A stretch of DNA of 64,000 bases from positions 66,845 through 130,844 of the forward strand of contig JAYWCB010000010.1 in assembly GCA_043780835.1 (NCBI GenBank). Direction: 5' to 3'. Positions within the stretch are counted from its first letter, which is position 1. Each line of letters opens with the position of its first letter. Shown here piece after piece: positions 27,890 to 37,559 of the stretch. The stretch comes from Minisyncoccota bacterium (GTDB lineage: Bacteria; Patescibacteriota; Minisyncoccia; Phycocordibacterales; UBA2100). The notes below the pieces were generated by a model. The model made no database searches. It was not told the origin of the DNA and was given only the letters and a program-made list of their open reading frames with translations. The position numbers and the translations under genes were made by a program.

Positions 27890-28282
27890 ATGAAACGAGA
27901 CGAGGAACATCGACTCAGTGTGTCGAGACGCGCGGTGTGCTTTGTGCAGTTGATGGACCGTGTATTTGGTGCAAAAAACGGTGTGCCATGGCATCACTGC
28001 ATCGATATTACGGATATGGATGTCGGAAACGCGAAGAGGTGCCCCGTTGCGCAGATCGTGGGCGTTGCCGGTGGCGATTTCTATGCCGCATGCAGATACA
28101 CGGGCATTGAGATCAATGACCGGATACTGCAACATGCGGGCGTATTGTTTTACAACGTAAAAAGTGACAACAAGCCCTGGACGCTCGACTGGAGGAAGCT
28201 CGAGATCGAAAAACTCAATCGGGCACTCCGTGCCAAAATTGAACAGCGGTATCTGGAGCAGCCGAAACTCGAGTTCGCATAA
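27890..28282 (+). CDS. Hypothetical protein
   Basis: RBS aggagg 8 nt upstream of ATG (MKRDEEH). No recognizable family. Confidence 0.3.
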   Translation: MKRDEEHRLSVSRRAVCFVQLMDRVFGAKNGVPWHHCIDITDMDVGNAKRCPVAQIVGVAGGDFYAACRYTGIEINDRILQHAGVLFYNVKSDNKPWTLDWRKLEIEKLNRALRAKIEQRYLEQPKLEFA

Positions 28283-28317
28283 GGCTTCGGTTCGACGACA
28301 TTAGTTGCCATCATGTA

Positions 28318-28360
28318 AAGAAGCGCGGTCTATTGCAAGATCGCGCTTCTAAATTTTCTG
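28318..28360 (+). terminator. Rho-independent terminator candidate
   Basis: agaagcgcggtctattgcaagatcgcgcttct hairpin followed by aaattttctg. Confidence 0.45.
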
Positions 28361-28639
28361 TCGGGTGTTATGGTTCGGGAAGTCCTTCTCTGTTATTTCA
28401 CACAATGTATGGAGATGCACAATTTCGGGCGATCCTTTTGTAGGAAAAGTTGCAGTTGAAATCTAAGGATGGTGAGAGTCGAAACTTTCACGTCCTCGAA
28501 GATACCGCGATCGCCCGAAGCTATGCGTCTCCAAGCCAGCTAAGGAAAAAGCGCCTTTCAGCGCTTCTAAAGGGAATATAGCATAGTATAACTAATTGTC
28601 AAGCCCACGGGATGGCCAAAGCCTTCTCGTGAAAACTAT

Positions 28640-29662
28640 ATGACACATACCGAATCTGACGGTGCAACAAGTCCAAGAGGCTCTCGCACCCTCGACCAAG
28701 CGCTTCGCCCCGACTCGTGGACACAATATGTGGGGCAAACCGCTATCAAAGAGAATCTTCGGATCCTCCTCACTGCCGCTCAGGGCAGAAATCATCAACC
28801 CGAACACGTGCTGCTGTACGGTCCCCCCGGTTTGGGTAAAACCACACTCGCGCATCTCGTTGCCAAAGAGATTGGTGCCAACCTGCGCACTACATCCGGC
28901 CCGGCAATAGAACGAGTCGGCGATCTCGCATCAATTCTCACCAACCTCGCTCCCGGCGATGTGCTCTTTATTGATGAAATCCATCGTTTGAACCGCACTA
29001 TCGAGGAAGTCCTCTATCCTGCCATGGAGGCGGGCGTACTCGATATCATTATCGGTAAAGGCCCCGCGGCACGCACAGTGCAATTGGAATTACCGCCGTT
29101 TACATTAATTGCCGCAACGACGCGCATTTCGATGCTCTCCGCTCCGCTTCGCTCGCGCTTTTCCGGCGGCACATTCCGCCTGCAGTACTACACAGACGAA
29201 GAAATCGCCGAGATTCTTCGGCGCTCGGGTGCGATTCTCGGCATCGAGACAGATGCCGAATCATTGATGGAAATCGCAAAACGATCCCGCTCCACGCCGC
29301 GCACCGCGAATTATCTCTTGAAACGCGCCCGTGATTACGCCTCGGTGAGCGAGCAGGAGCTCAACGTGAAAGCCGTCAAACGAGCACTCGCGATGCTCGA
29401 AATCGATGCGGGCGGGCTCAATCAAACCGATCGCGATATTCTGACACTGCTCATCGAGAAATATAACGGTGCACCGGTTGGACTCAAAACAATTGCTGCC
29501 GCCCTTTCCGAAGAGGAAGCGACCATTGAAGAAGTAAACGAGCCGTATCTCATGCAAACAGGATTAATTGATAGGACTCCTCGGGGACGCATTGTGACAA
29601 AAAAAGGATATCTACACATGGGATACAAGCCGCCCGCACAGCAAAATTCGCTCAATGTATAG
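28640..29662 (+). CDS. ruvB: Holliday junction ATP-dependent DNA helicase RuvB
   Basis: LLYGPPGLGKTTLA Walker A, DEIHRL, and a C-terminal winged helix. Ends with TAG, showing TAG is a normal stop in this genome. Confidence 0.9.
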   Translation: MTHTESDGATSPRGSRTLDQALRPDSWTQYVGQTAIKENLRILLTAAQGRNHQPEHVLLYGPPGLGKTTLAHLVAKEIGANLRTTSGPAIERVGDLASILTNLAPGDVLFIDEIHRLNRTIEEVLYPAMEAGVLDIIIGKGPAARTVQLELPPFTLIAATTRISMLSAPLRSRFSGGTFRLQYYTDEEIAEILRRSGAILGIETDAESLMEIAKRSRSTPRTANYLLKRARDYASVSEQELNVKAVKRALAMLEIDAGGLNQTDRDILTLLIEKYNGAPVGLKTIAAALSEEEATIEEVNEPYLMQTGLIDRTPRGRIVTKKGYLHMGYKPPAQQNSLNV

Positions 29663-29746
29663 GTGTTCATAAACACCTTGTGAAAGACGCGAAATAGCGT
29701 CACCTTGTGGAATAGAACCATTCGGTTCTTAGGGAAGGAGCCTGCC

Positions 29747-30034
29747 ATGACGGCTTTGACTGGACGCGCTTCCGGAGATTTCAAACGGATGATTGCAGGA
29801 CACGGTTTGACGACGGCACAGATCCTGTATCGAATGCCCGACTATCCGCTGATCCTTCAATCTTTTGTCTGGCAGGACTATGATTTGTGTCCGAAATTTC
29901 CCGGACTTTTCAAGTTCCTGACCTTCTGGCAGAAAAAACTTGACGGACCGTTGTTTGCCGTCTCCGTTGCGCACTCAAGCCTCATCAGGCCGGCAGAAAT
30001 CAAAGCTGTCGACGGAGTGTTGCTACTTCACTGA
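29747..30034 (+). CDS. Usg-like family small protein
   Basis: GHGLTTAQILYRMPDYPLILQSFVWQDYDLCPKFPGLFKFLTFWQKKLDGPLFAVSVAHSSLIRPAEIKAVDG matches my recollection of the Usg family pattern. Confidence 0.45.
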   Translation: MTALTGRASGDFKRMIAGHGLTTAQILYRMPDYPLILQSFVWQDYDLCPKFPGLFKFLTFWQKKLDGPLFAVSVAHSSLIRPAEIKAVDGVLLLH

Positions 30035-30129
30035 TCACGATCCTTACGGCGGCCTTGCGGCCGCCGTTTCGTTGCACATCGTTTACAGTGGTTTAGGATG
30101 CCCACAGCTCAAATCCACAGGAGAATCAC

Positions 30130-30825
30130 ATGACGATTCAGTCGCGCCTCCCGAGTACCGCTGAACGGCGCACTATCGAGGATGTGTACAATGCGTTTCA
30201 ATTCAACCCGCAAAGAGACGCGCAGGATAGTGCCAAGAAGAAACTCGCAATGGGAATCGCTTCCGTTGTACTGCGCGATATGTTCCAACACCCGAAAGAA
30301 ATTGTCGCCGCGCTCTTGCGTAGTGATACGCTCTGGGTACAAGAAACAACCGTGCACGCCGAGCGACTGCTGCAATTATCAAAAGAAATGCGCGATATTG
30401 TCGTGGGTATCAAGGGCCTGTCTGTGCAGAAAAAAATAGAACAGTCTGTGCCTCGTAAAAAGCCGCGACAACAAACGCGTAACGCTAAGTGCGCGAATCT
30501 GAATCTTGAAGCAATGAACGACATAGCGTCGATTATCAGCTTCAAACTCGGTATTGCGCTCGAAGACATACGCGGCGATACCCGGGGACTGGCTGAATCA
30601 AACGCCCGATTTATCGCCATGGCAATAACATGCGCACTGCATAAAGACTGGAGACATGGCCACATTGCAGAGTATTTTCGACGTCATGCGTCCGATGTTA
30701 CGTTTGCACTCAGACGCGTTTCTCTCGCCTTAGAGCGCAAATCCAACACCGCCCTCCATCGCGACACGGAGCGAGTCTGCAACGAATTCGGGATTCAGTC
30801 CGTCGTGTTGAAAATCGACCACTGA
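30130..30825 (+). CDS. Protein with DnaA C-terminal (domain IV-like) helix-turn-helix DNA-binding domain
   Basis: C-terminal RGLAESNARFIAMAITCALHKDWRHGHIAEYFRRHASDVTFALRRVS resembles DnaA domain IV (R...ARQIAMYL...IG..FG.RDHTTV.HA). No AAA+ domain. Confidence 0.4.
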   Translation: MTIQSRLPSTAERRTIEDVYNAFQFNPQRDAQDSAKKKLAMGIASVVLRDMFQHPKEIVAALLRSDTLWVQETTVHAERLLQLSKEMRDIVVGIKGLSVQKKIEQSVPRKKPRQQTRNAKCANLNLEAMNDIASIISFKLGIALEDIRGDTRGLAESNARFIAMAITCALHKDWRHGHIAEYFRRHASDVTFALRRVSLALERKSNTALHRDTERVCNEFGIQSVVLKIDH

Positions 30826-30894
30826 AACACATCTGTGGATATGCACATACCTCGTTGCCGTCCAGGCTATAGAATGATCTGGACACACGGTAAC

Positions 30895-30930
30895 GAAAAA
30901 GCCTCCGATCGCTCGGGGGCTTTTTTCGTC
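30895..30930 (+). terminator. Rho-independent terminator
   Basis: aaaaagcctccgatcgctcgggggcttttttcg: GC-rich hairpin plus T-run. Confidence 0.6.
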
Positions 30931-31224
30931 TTCGGCCATTTCGAATCGCCGTACGGTTGTGCACAGCTTGATATGATCTCACCGTACTCGAGCTAGAAAT
31001 GATGCTTGCGCTTCAGTTCCCCGCACGACCACTGTTCTGACCGACTATTCCCACAGTGTGTCTCACTTTCGTTTTGACGGGATCCTGGGAACTGAGATTC
31101 GATTTGCCGATCTTGCGACCAGTCGATCGTTTCTCGCTGACACACGGTAAGGCGTATCAGAAGTCAAATACTACTGCGCCGTTTTACGAGTCAAATAATG
31201 ACCAATCATCTGTTTCGGGGGATT

Positions 31225-31345
31225 AGTCATGCGTAACTATGTGGATAGCGAGGGGATAACGGGGTGGATATCTCCACACTCACCGTATGGTGGCTCTACA
31301 GTGGGGTTTTAACGTAGCGACGGAACACTTCGTGGATGTTCGTTG
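31225..31345. promoter_or_regulatory. Cluster of DnaA-box-like 9-mers (tgtggatag, ggggataac, ggtggatat, cgtggatgt) in a 640-nt non-coding region
   Basis: ctatgtggatagcgaggggataacggggtggatatc closely matches the module upstream of dnaA (ctatgtggataacaaggggatatc) and resembles gggggataacgggataac in the dnaA-dnaN spacer. Confidence 0.4.
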
Positions 31346-31466
31346 GAGCAGGTCATTTCCCTTAATCACCCATCATTGATTTCATGGAAATAAACGCTCG
31401 TTACTATCGGCACAGCATGCAATCTATGAAGTTTGCCATTCGTGTGTAAGCGAATAGAATCAGCGC

Positions 31467-32000
31467 ATGTCGGGACACAATAAATGGAGTCAGATCAAGC
31501 ACAAAAAAGGCGCGACCGATAAGGCAAAGTCTAATGTGTGGGGCAAGCTCGCCAAACGCATCATTGTGGAAAGCCGTCTGGCCGCCGGCGATGTTACCTC
31601 TCCCACGCTCCGCACCATGATCGAAAAAGCGCGCAAGGAAAATATGCCGAAAGAAAATATCGAACGCGCGGTCGCAAAAGGGATTTCCAAAGACGCCGGC
31701 ACTATGGAGAGCATCCTCTACGAGACCTACGGTCCGGGTGGTGCGGCAATTCTTATTGCGACCGTCACCGACAGCCGTAATCGCACCGCGCAAGAAATAA
31801 AACACCTCCTCACAAAAAACGGTCTTGAGCTCGCATCGCAAGGCTCGGCCATGTGGGCGTTTGAAAAGGATATCGAGGGCGGATTCACCGCAAAAACGAC
31901 TGTTCCCCTATCAGAAACTGACAACGACGCGCTCATGAAAGTACTCCAAGAGATCGATGCCAACGACGACGTCGAAGACGTCTACACGAACGCAGAATAA
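31467..32000 (+). CDS. YebC/PmpR-family protein (short form)
   Basis: MSGHNKWSQIKHKKGATDKAKSNVWGKLAKRI matches the YebC N-terminus. Only 177 aa. Confidence 0.6.
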   Translation: MSGHNKWSQIKHKKGATDKAKSNVWGKLAKRIIVESRLAAGDVTSPTLRTMIEKARKENMPKENIERAVAKGISKDAGTMESILYETYGPGGAAILIATVTDSRNRTAQEIKHLLTKNGLELASQGSAMWAFEKDIEGGFTAKTTVPLSETDNDALMKVLQEIDANDDVEDVYTNAE

Positions 32001-32009
32001 ACTTCGTCT

Positions 32010-32495
32010 TTACAGCACGCCGTGGGCAATTGCGCCGATCACAGAGCCGGCAGCGGCAACGTAAGCCAGGTGCCACGCGCTTTTCCAAATTGCTGCGCCC
32101 TTGTGTCCACTCCACAAACCGATGATGAATGCAGCGGCAAACGCGCACACTATCGCGGTCGTAAATGCACGACTCACATCAAGAATCATGTACGGAAGGA
32201 GCGGTACGATACCCGCCAATATATACAGAAGTCCAAGAAGAATTCCCGCCTGCGTTGCGGAAGAATCACTGATCGGCTCTGGGGCATGTTTGGCCGCGAT
32301 CATATATCGTGATGCGGCGGCAATACCTCCGGTGAACACAAAAATCATGCCCACCAATATAACTGTGCTGTGGGAGAGCCCCGCAATGGCGATGCCCGAG
32401 AGCAGTCCAACCGCGAGTACAAGCCCCTCTTCGATATTCGAAACGAGGGTTGAAATAAAGTGTTGACTACGTACGTTAAATGACATGCGCGCCAT
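32010..32495 (-). CDS. VIT1/CCC1-family membrane protein (iron/manganese transporter-like)
   Basis: Small polytopic protein with a VIT-family-like C-terminal arrangement. Tentative. Confidence 0.45.
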   Translation of the reverse strand: MARMSFNVRSQHFISTLVSNIEEGLVLAVGLLSGIAIAGLSHSTVILVGMIFVFTGGIAAASRYMIAAKHAPEPISDSSATQAGILLGLLYILAGIVPLLPYMILDVSRAFTTAIVCAFAAAFIIGLWSGHKGAAIWKSAWHLAYVAAAGSVIGAIAHGVL

Positions 32496-32737
32496 ACTAA
32501 CCTATTGCCAAAATAGTGCAAGTGTGGTCTCGTTTTTCGCGCAGTATGGGTCAAAACATGGGTATTTTTGCGATATACTACTGACTATATGGAAGGAACC
32601 TGTAATCGCTGTAACGCGAATTTATCACAAGGCGGCATTCTTTTTACTCCCCCGGGCGATAACAAGACTTCACAAAATTTGTGCATGACGTGTTTTGAGG
32701 GCACGAGCTCTGCCGACGTCATGCCCGAGCAGGCGGT

Positions 32738-33247
32738 ATGAAAGTCCTCGCCATCGACCCCGGGTACGGGCGATGCGGCATGGCGGTTATTGAACGGGTC
32801 GGTATAAAAGATGTACTCATTTATTCAACCTGTGTGGAAACAGAGCCGAATTCGGATTTTGCCGCTCGGCTGCATGCGGTTGTGTCCGTATGTGAAAATC
32901 TCCTTCGTGTTCATACACCGGACTGCATGGCGATGGAGAAACTATTTTTTAAAGCGAACCGCACCACAGCGCTTCGTGTGGCAGAAGTACGTGGCGCTCT
33001 TTTGAATGCTGCGACCGCGGTATCAGTTCCGGTCCATGAATACTCCCCCGCTGAAGTGAAGAGTGCTGCGGCCGGGTGGGGCGGCGCTGATAAAAAACAA
33101 ATTGCGACTATGTTACACGCGCTCGTAAAAATCGAAAAAATAATCAAGTACGACGATGAATACGACGCGATTGCCGTCGGCGTTACGCATCTTGCACATA
33201 TGCGCATTCCCGCGCATCGCGAAAACAATCGAAAAATTGTACAATAG
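32738..33247 (+). CDS. ruvC: Crossover junction endodeoxyribonuclease RuvC
   Basis: MKVLAIDPGYGRCGMAV... RNase H-fold start; about 165 aa. Confidence 0.85.
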   Translation: MKVLAIDPGYGRCGMAVIERVGIKDVLIYSTCVETEPNSDFAARLHAVVSVCENLLRVHTPDCMAMEKLFFKANRTTALRVAEVRGALLNAATAVSVPVHEYSPAEVKSAAAGWGGADKKQIATMLHALVKIEKIIKYDDEYDAIAVGVTHLAHMRIPAHRENNRKIVQ

Positions 33248-33253
33248 GCTGCA

Positions 33254-35680
33254 ATGGGTAAACTCCGCGAGTTGCGAAAGCGAACGAAGCATCACTTCGG
33301 CCGATTGCCTGAGTGGGCACGCCTGACGATCACCGCTTTGGCGGCGATTATTTTTTTCGGGCTTGGTGGGGTGATTGCGTGGGCCACGTTCATGCCTATC
33401 CCCGCAATCAACAGCTTCGAAAATCGACAGGTTGCTGAGAGCACCAAGATTTACGACCGTACGGGAAACATAGTGCTCTACGACGTGCACGGTTCAATGC
33501 GCCGCACGTCGGTTCCGCTTGAACAAATTTCGCCCTATATCCAAAAGGCTACGATCGCCATAGAAGATGCGACATTTTACGAGCATCACGGCTTTCGACC
33601 GCTTGCGTTCGGCCGCGCAGTCCTCGCAAACCTCACCACCGGCTCCTTTGGACAAGGTGGTTCGACGATCACCCAACAGGTTGTAAAAAATGCATTACTC
33701 ACGCGTAAAAAAACACTGACGCGTAAACTACAGGAAATTATTCTAGCCGTCCGTCTTGAGCGCGTCTTTTCAAAAGATGAAATATTGAGTGTCTACCTCA
33801 ATGAAAACCCGTATGGCGGCACCATCTATGGTGTTGAGGAAGCTGCGCAATATTATTTCGGCGTCGACGCAAAAGATGTCACGCTTGCGCAAGCTGCATA
33901 CATCGCTGCACTTCCCCAAGCGCCAACCTACTACTCTCCCCATGGAAATCATCGGGATGCGCTCGATGCCCGCAAAGACCGCGTACTTGTAGAGATGCGC
34001 GATCACAACTTCATAACAAAAGACCAGTTTGATGAGGCGAAAAGTGAGCAGGTTCAGTTCCGTGACGCTGCGGACGCAGGCATTAAGGCTCCTCATTTCG
34101 TGTTCTACATACAGGAATATCTGGAAAGTAAGTACGGTGTCGATGCGGTGCAAAAAGAAGGCCTCAAGGTGGTTACTACACTGGATTACGATCTGCAGAA
34201 AAAAGCCGAAGACACTGTCGCGGCCTTTGCTCCGACGATGAAAAAGAATTTCGACGCTTCGAACGAGGGCATGGTTGCAATCGAACCGTCAACCGGACAA
34301 ATTCTTTCCATGGTCGGCTCAAAGGGATATTTTGACGACTCCATCGACGGTAAAGTAAACATAGCGCTCGCGCATCGTCAGCCAGGATCGTCGTTCAAAC
34401 CGATTGTGTATGCAACCGCGTTCCAAAAAGGTTACACACCAGACACGATGCTCTTCGATCTCAAAACACAGTTCTCGACCGCGTGCCAACCGAATGATTT
34501 TAATGACACGCCGCCGTGCTATAGCCCGGAAAATTTTGATTTGAAGTTCCATGGCCCGATTTCGATGCGTGATGCGCTCGCCCAATCTATGAATATTCCG
34601 GCGGTGAAAACGTTGTACTTGGCGGGTGTTACCGATTCGCTCACAACCGCGAAGAATCTCGGCATTACCACTCTCACCGATGCCTCTCGCTACGGCCTCA
34701 CCCTGGTGCTTGGCGGTGGAGAGGTCACGCTGCTTGAGATGACAGGCGCGTACAGTGTTTTTGCAAATGACGGCGTTCGTCATCCACCCACCGGCCTCAT
34801 GCGTGTTGAGGATCGTGACGGCGCAGTACTTGAAGAATACAAAGATACGAGCGCTCGCGTTTTGGAACCGGAAATTGCTCGCCAGATGAACGATGTGTTA
34901 TCGGATAATGTTGCTCGAACACCGGAGTTCGGTGCAGATTCCCCGCTCAATTTCTCGGAGTTTAAGGTGGCTGATAAAACCGGTACCACAAACGATTTCC
35001 GCGATGTGTGGATTATCGGCTACACACCGGGTATTTCTGTTGGCGCGTGGGCCGGTAATAACAACAACAGTCAGATGCAGAAAAAAATCGCTGCGTTCAT
35101 CATTGCCCCGATGTGGCATGAATTTATGGCATATGCGATAAAAAAATACCCGGCACAGCCGTTCACCGCCCCTGCCCCCGATCCAGATCATGATTCTTTG
35201 CCGCCGGTACTTCGTGGTGAATGGAATTCCAATCCCTCACAAGGTATCCACGAAATTTTATACTGGGTTAACAAAGACAATCCCCGCACCCCCGGGAAAA
35301 GCACCGGGGATTCACAGTTCCGGTATTGGGATTACCCGGTCCAATTGTGGGCTGCGGGACAACCGACACCTGCCGGTGAAATAGTCGAACCCGTTACCCC
35401 TACGGATCCGAACGCGGGCTCTGCATTCCGCATCCTCACACCGGAAGCAGGCGGATATGTAGGCGTTGGTCGCCCTATGTCGATCACCGCCTATTATCCG
35501 AACCCCGTCAATGTCGTACAAGTGACCTATATGCTCAATGGCGCGCCAATCGGCACCGCATCTCAGCCCCCGTATGCAATTACATACGTCCCCACGAGTC
35601 CCGGTCCGGCAAGTTTGCAGGCGGTCGCCCAGACGACAACGGGTACCGAAACATCACAGGTACCATTCACAGTTCAGTAA
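33254..35680 (+). CDS. Class A penicillin-binding protein (PBP1A-type glycosyltransferase plus transpeptidase)
   Basis: GT51 motifs (EDATFYEHHGF, GGSTITQQ, RKLQE), TP motifs SSFKP and KTGT. N-terminal TM anchor. Confidence 0.85.
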   Translation: MGKLRELRKRTKHHFGRLPEWARLTITALAAIIFFGLGGVIAWATFMPIPAINSFENRQVAESTKIYDRTGNIVLYDVHGSMRRTSVPLEQISPYIQKATIAIEDATFYEHHGFRPLAFGRAVLANLTTGSFGQGGSTITQQVVKNALLTRKKTLTRKLQEIILAVRLERVFSKDEILSVYLNENPYGGTIYGVEEAAQYYFGVDAKDVTLAQAAYIAALPQAPTYYSPHGNHRDALDARKDRVLVEMRDHNFITKDQFDEAKSEQVQFRDAADAGIKAPHFVFYIQEYLESKYGVDAVQKEGLKVVTTLDYDLQKKAEDTVAAFAPTMKKNFDASNEGMVAIEPSTGQILSMVGSKGYFDDSIDGKVNIALAHRQPGSSFKPIVYATAFQKGYTPDTMLFDLKTQFSTACQPNDFNDTPPCYSPENFDLKFHGPISMRDALAQSMNIPAVKTLYLAGVTDSLTTAKNLGITTLTDASRYGLTLVLGGGEVTLLEMTGAYSVFANDGVRHPPTGLMRVEDRDGAVLEEYKDTSARVLEPEIARQMNDVLSDNVARTPEFGADSPLNFSEFKVADKTGTTNDFRDVWIIGYTPGISVGAWAGNNNNSQMQKKIAAFIIAPMWHEFMAYAIKKYPAQPFTAPAPDPDHDSLPPVLRGEWNSNPSQGIHEILYWVNKDNPRTPGKSTGDSQFRYWDYPVQLWAAGQPTPAGEIVEPVTPTDPNAGSAFRILTPEAGGYVGVGRPMSITAYYPNPVNVVQVTYMLNGAPIGTASQPPYAITYVPTSPGPASLQAVAQTTTGTETSQVPFTVQ

Positions 35681-35683
35681 TGA

Positions 35684-35716
35684 AAAACTCGGCCGTTCGG
35701 CCGAGTTTTTCATTAC
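35684..35716. terminator. Bidirectional rho-independent terminator (perfect hairpin)
   Basis: tgaaaaactcggccgttcggccgagtttttca between convergent PBP1A (+) and 35713..36225 (-). Confidence 0.65.
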
Positions 35717-36225
35717 GATACCCGCCGTACCGACCCATCGATAACAAATAGATTTCCCGCGTCATCCTTTCCCAGATTATCGCGACCCGCATCGTCCCAA
35801 GTATATCCATCGTTCGCAAATTCTTTTTGTACCATTGCAACATCGTTGTCAGTAATTGCATCTGTCTGAAGTTTCTTTGAAATAACAACGCTTATTCCGT
35901 CTATTATCTCACTGTGCGAGGGTTTGAGAACACGTCGATGTTCAGGTTTCGCAGTCGGATACATCCCGCTTAACCGAATCACATTGTCCCCTGCGTCAAG
36001 CAAGACGGCGCTCATACCGTACCCGTCTTTAAGGGGTGTAAGGTCGTAAAACCCTTTTTCATGTAAATAACTTTCGACAGATTTCAATGCTGATTTTTTA
36101 GAGACAAGGTATTCGGCAATGGGGTCTGGAACCGCTTCCCCTTCCATTCCCGGTATTGGAGAAAGGCGTGTGAGGCCGCGAATAACATCGATTAACCCTT
36201 TTTTATTTCTTTCGATCGACTCCAT
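35713..36225 (-). CDS. Hypothetical protein
   Basis: Start MESIERNKKG overlaps the dnaN stop (ATGA). No family recognized. Confidence 0.3.
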   Translation of the reverse strand: MESIERNKKGLIDVIRGLTRLSPIPGMEGEAVPDPIAEYLVSKKSALKSVESYLHEKGFYDLTPLKDGYGMSAVLLDAGDNVIRLSGMYPTAKPEHRRVLKPSHSEIIDGISVVISKKLQTDAITDNDVAMVQKEFANDGYTWDDAGRDNLGKDDAGNLFVIDGSVRRVS

Positions 36226-37322
36226 TATCGATTCAGTGGCATCACGAGGTACATGAAAGAACCGTCGGACGCACCGCGTATCACGAGTGGTTTGCCGGGT
36301 CCCGCAAAAGAAAGAGTCACACTGTCGCTTTCTACACTCGAAAGACATTCCGATAGATATCCGATATGAAAATTGATGTCCAAATCATCCCCGGAAAGCG
36401 CCGCATCGATTGAATCCGACATTTCGCCCACATCACTTGAACGGGCGGTCGCACTAAATATCTTTTTCTTCGGGTACACATGCAAGCCGACATGTTGATC
36501 GTTACCGGAAAATACCCGCGCCTTGCGAAGCATTTCTGAAAGATCACCTTTCAGCATTGTGGCTTCTGTCGCTGTTGTTTTCGGAATGATTTCCTTGTAA
36601 TTCGGGAATGTTGCATCAACAACACGTGATACAAACCGTACCCCGCCGCCTGAAAGCACGAGCTGTGCGTCTTCAGTTGCAATAGTTACTATCTCGTCAT
36701 CGATACGCTCGAGAATATGACTGAGCTCAAGAGCGTGCTTGAGAGGTATCAGGAGTTCATTGTTATCTTTTGCGCCGGTGCCGGTAATTGTCTTTTCGGC
36801 CAGTCGAAAAGAATCTGTTGCAACCGTTGTCATCGTTCCGTCTTTAATCACTATGTAGATACTTCCAAGGTCGGGACGAATCATTGAGGGTGATGCTGCA
36901 TACGAGACAGCCTGTAATCCGCGCATAACGCGCTCTCTACTGAGTGCAATACCCTTTTTAGTAGTCGTGGTAGGGAGTACCGGGAATTCAGCTTGTGGCA
37001 CGGCCTTTATGAGCGTTTTCGTTCCACGTGATTCGATTAATAAATTTCCATCTTCACTTGCGAAGGCAATTGTCTCACCGCTGATTGATCGCAGTGTCTG
37101 AGAAAGAATTGTTGCAGGCACCGCAATGGTTCCTTTTTCTTGGATATTTGCAGGTACAGTTATTTCTACACCTGCTTCTAAATTTGTAGCGCGGATAGAA
37201 AGAGTCTCTTGTGCATCTATGAGAATGCACGACAAGATCGGGAGGGATTCTTTTTTACCGACAACACGTTCCGCAATCAGAATCGCATTGAGAATTTTTT
37301 CCTTCGTAGTGTCTATCTTCAT
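36225..37322 (-). CDS. dnaN: DNA polymerase III beta sliding clamp
   Basis: 365 aa with three-domain beta-clamp features; MKIDTTKEKILNAILIAERVVGKKESLPILSCILIDA start; directly downstream of dnaA. Confidence 0.9.
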   Translation of the reverse strand: MKIDTTKEKILNAILIAERVVGKKESLPILSCILIDAQETLSIRATNLEAGVEITVPANIQEKGTIAVPATILSQTLRSISGETIAFASEDGNLLIESRGTKTLIKAVPQAEFPVLPTTTTKKGIALSRERVMRGLQAVSYAASPSMIRPDLGSIYIVIKDGTMTTVATDSFRLAEKTITGTGAKDNNELLIPLKHALELSHILERIDDEIVTIATEDAQLVLSGGGVRFVSRVVDATFPNYKEIIPKTTATEATMLKGDLSEMLRKARVFSGNDQHVGLHVYPKKKIFSATARSSDVGEMSDSIDAALSGDDLDINFHIGYLSECLSSVESDSVTLSFAGPGKPLVIRGASDGSFMYLVMPLNR

Positions 37323-37559
37323 AGTTATTTAATTAAAGACTATTACTACTACTAGTCAGGGGGATAACGGGATAACTCACATTGAGCTAGGAAACACGCG
37401 GTATTTTTGGTAGGGCGCGGTAGTGGATAACTGCTGTGCGAACGATGTGTAACGAGTGGATTCACGCGAACATGAAAAGCGAAAGAGGTTGTTCATGGTG
37501 ACTTCATGGTGCTGTACCTCGTGCTGTCCTACCTGGTATGCACTCGATATCCACATATA
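37323..37559. promoter_or_regulatory. oriC-like dnaA-dnaN intergenic region (AT-rich DUE plus DnaA boxes)
   Basis: AT-rich atagttatttaattaaagactattactactactag. DnaA-box-like agtggataa, gggggataacgggataac, gagtggatt, atatccaca. Confidence 0.5.
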
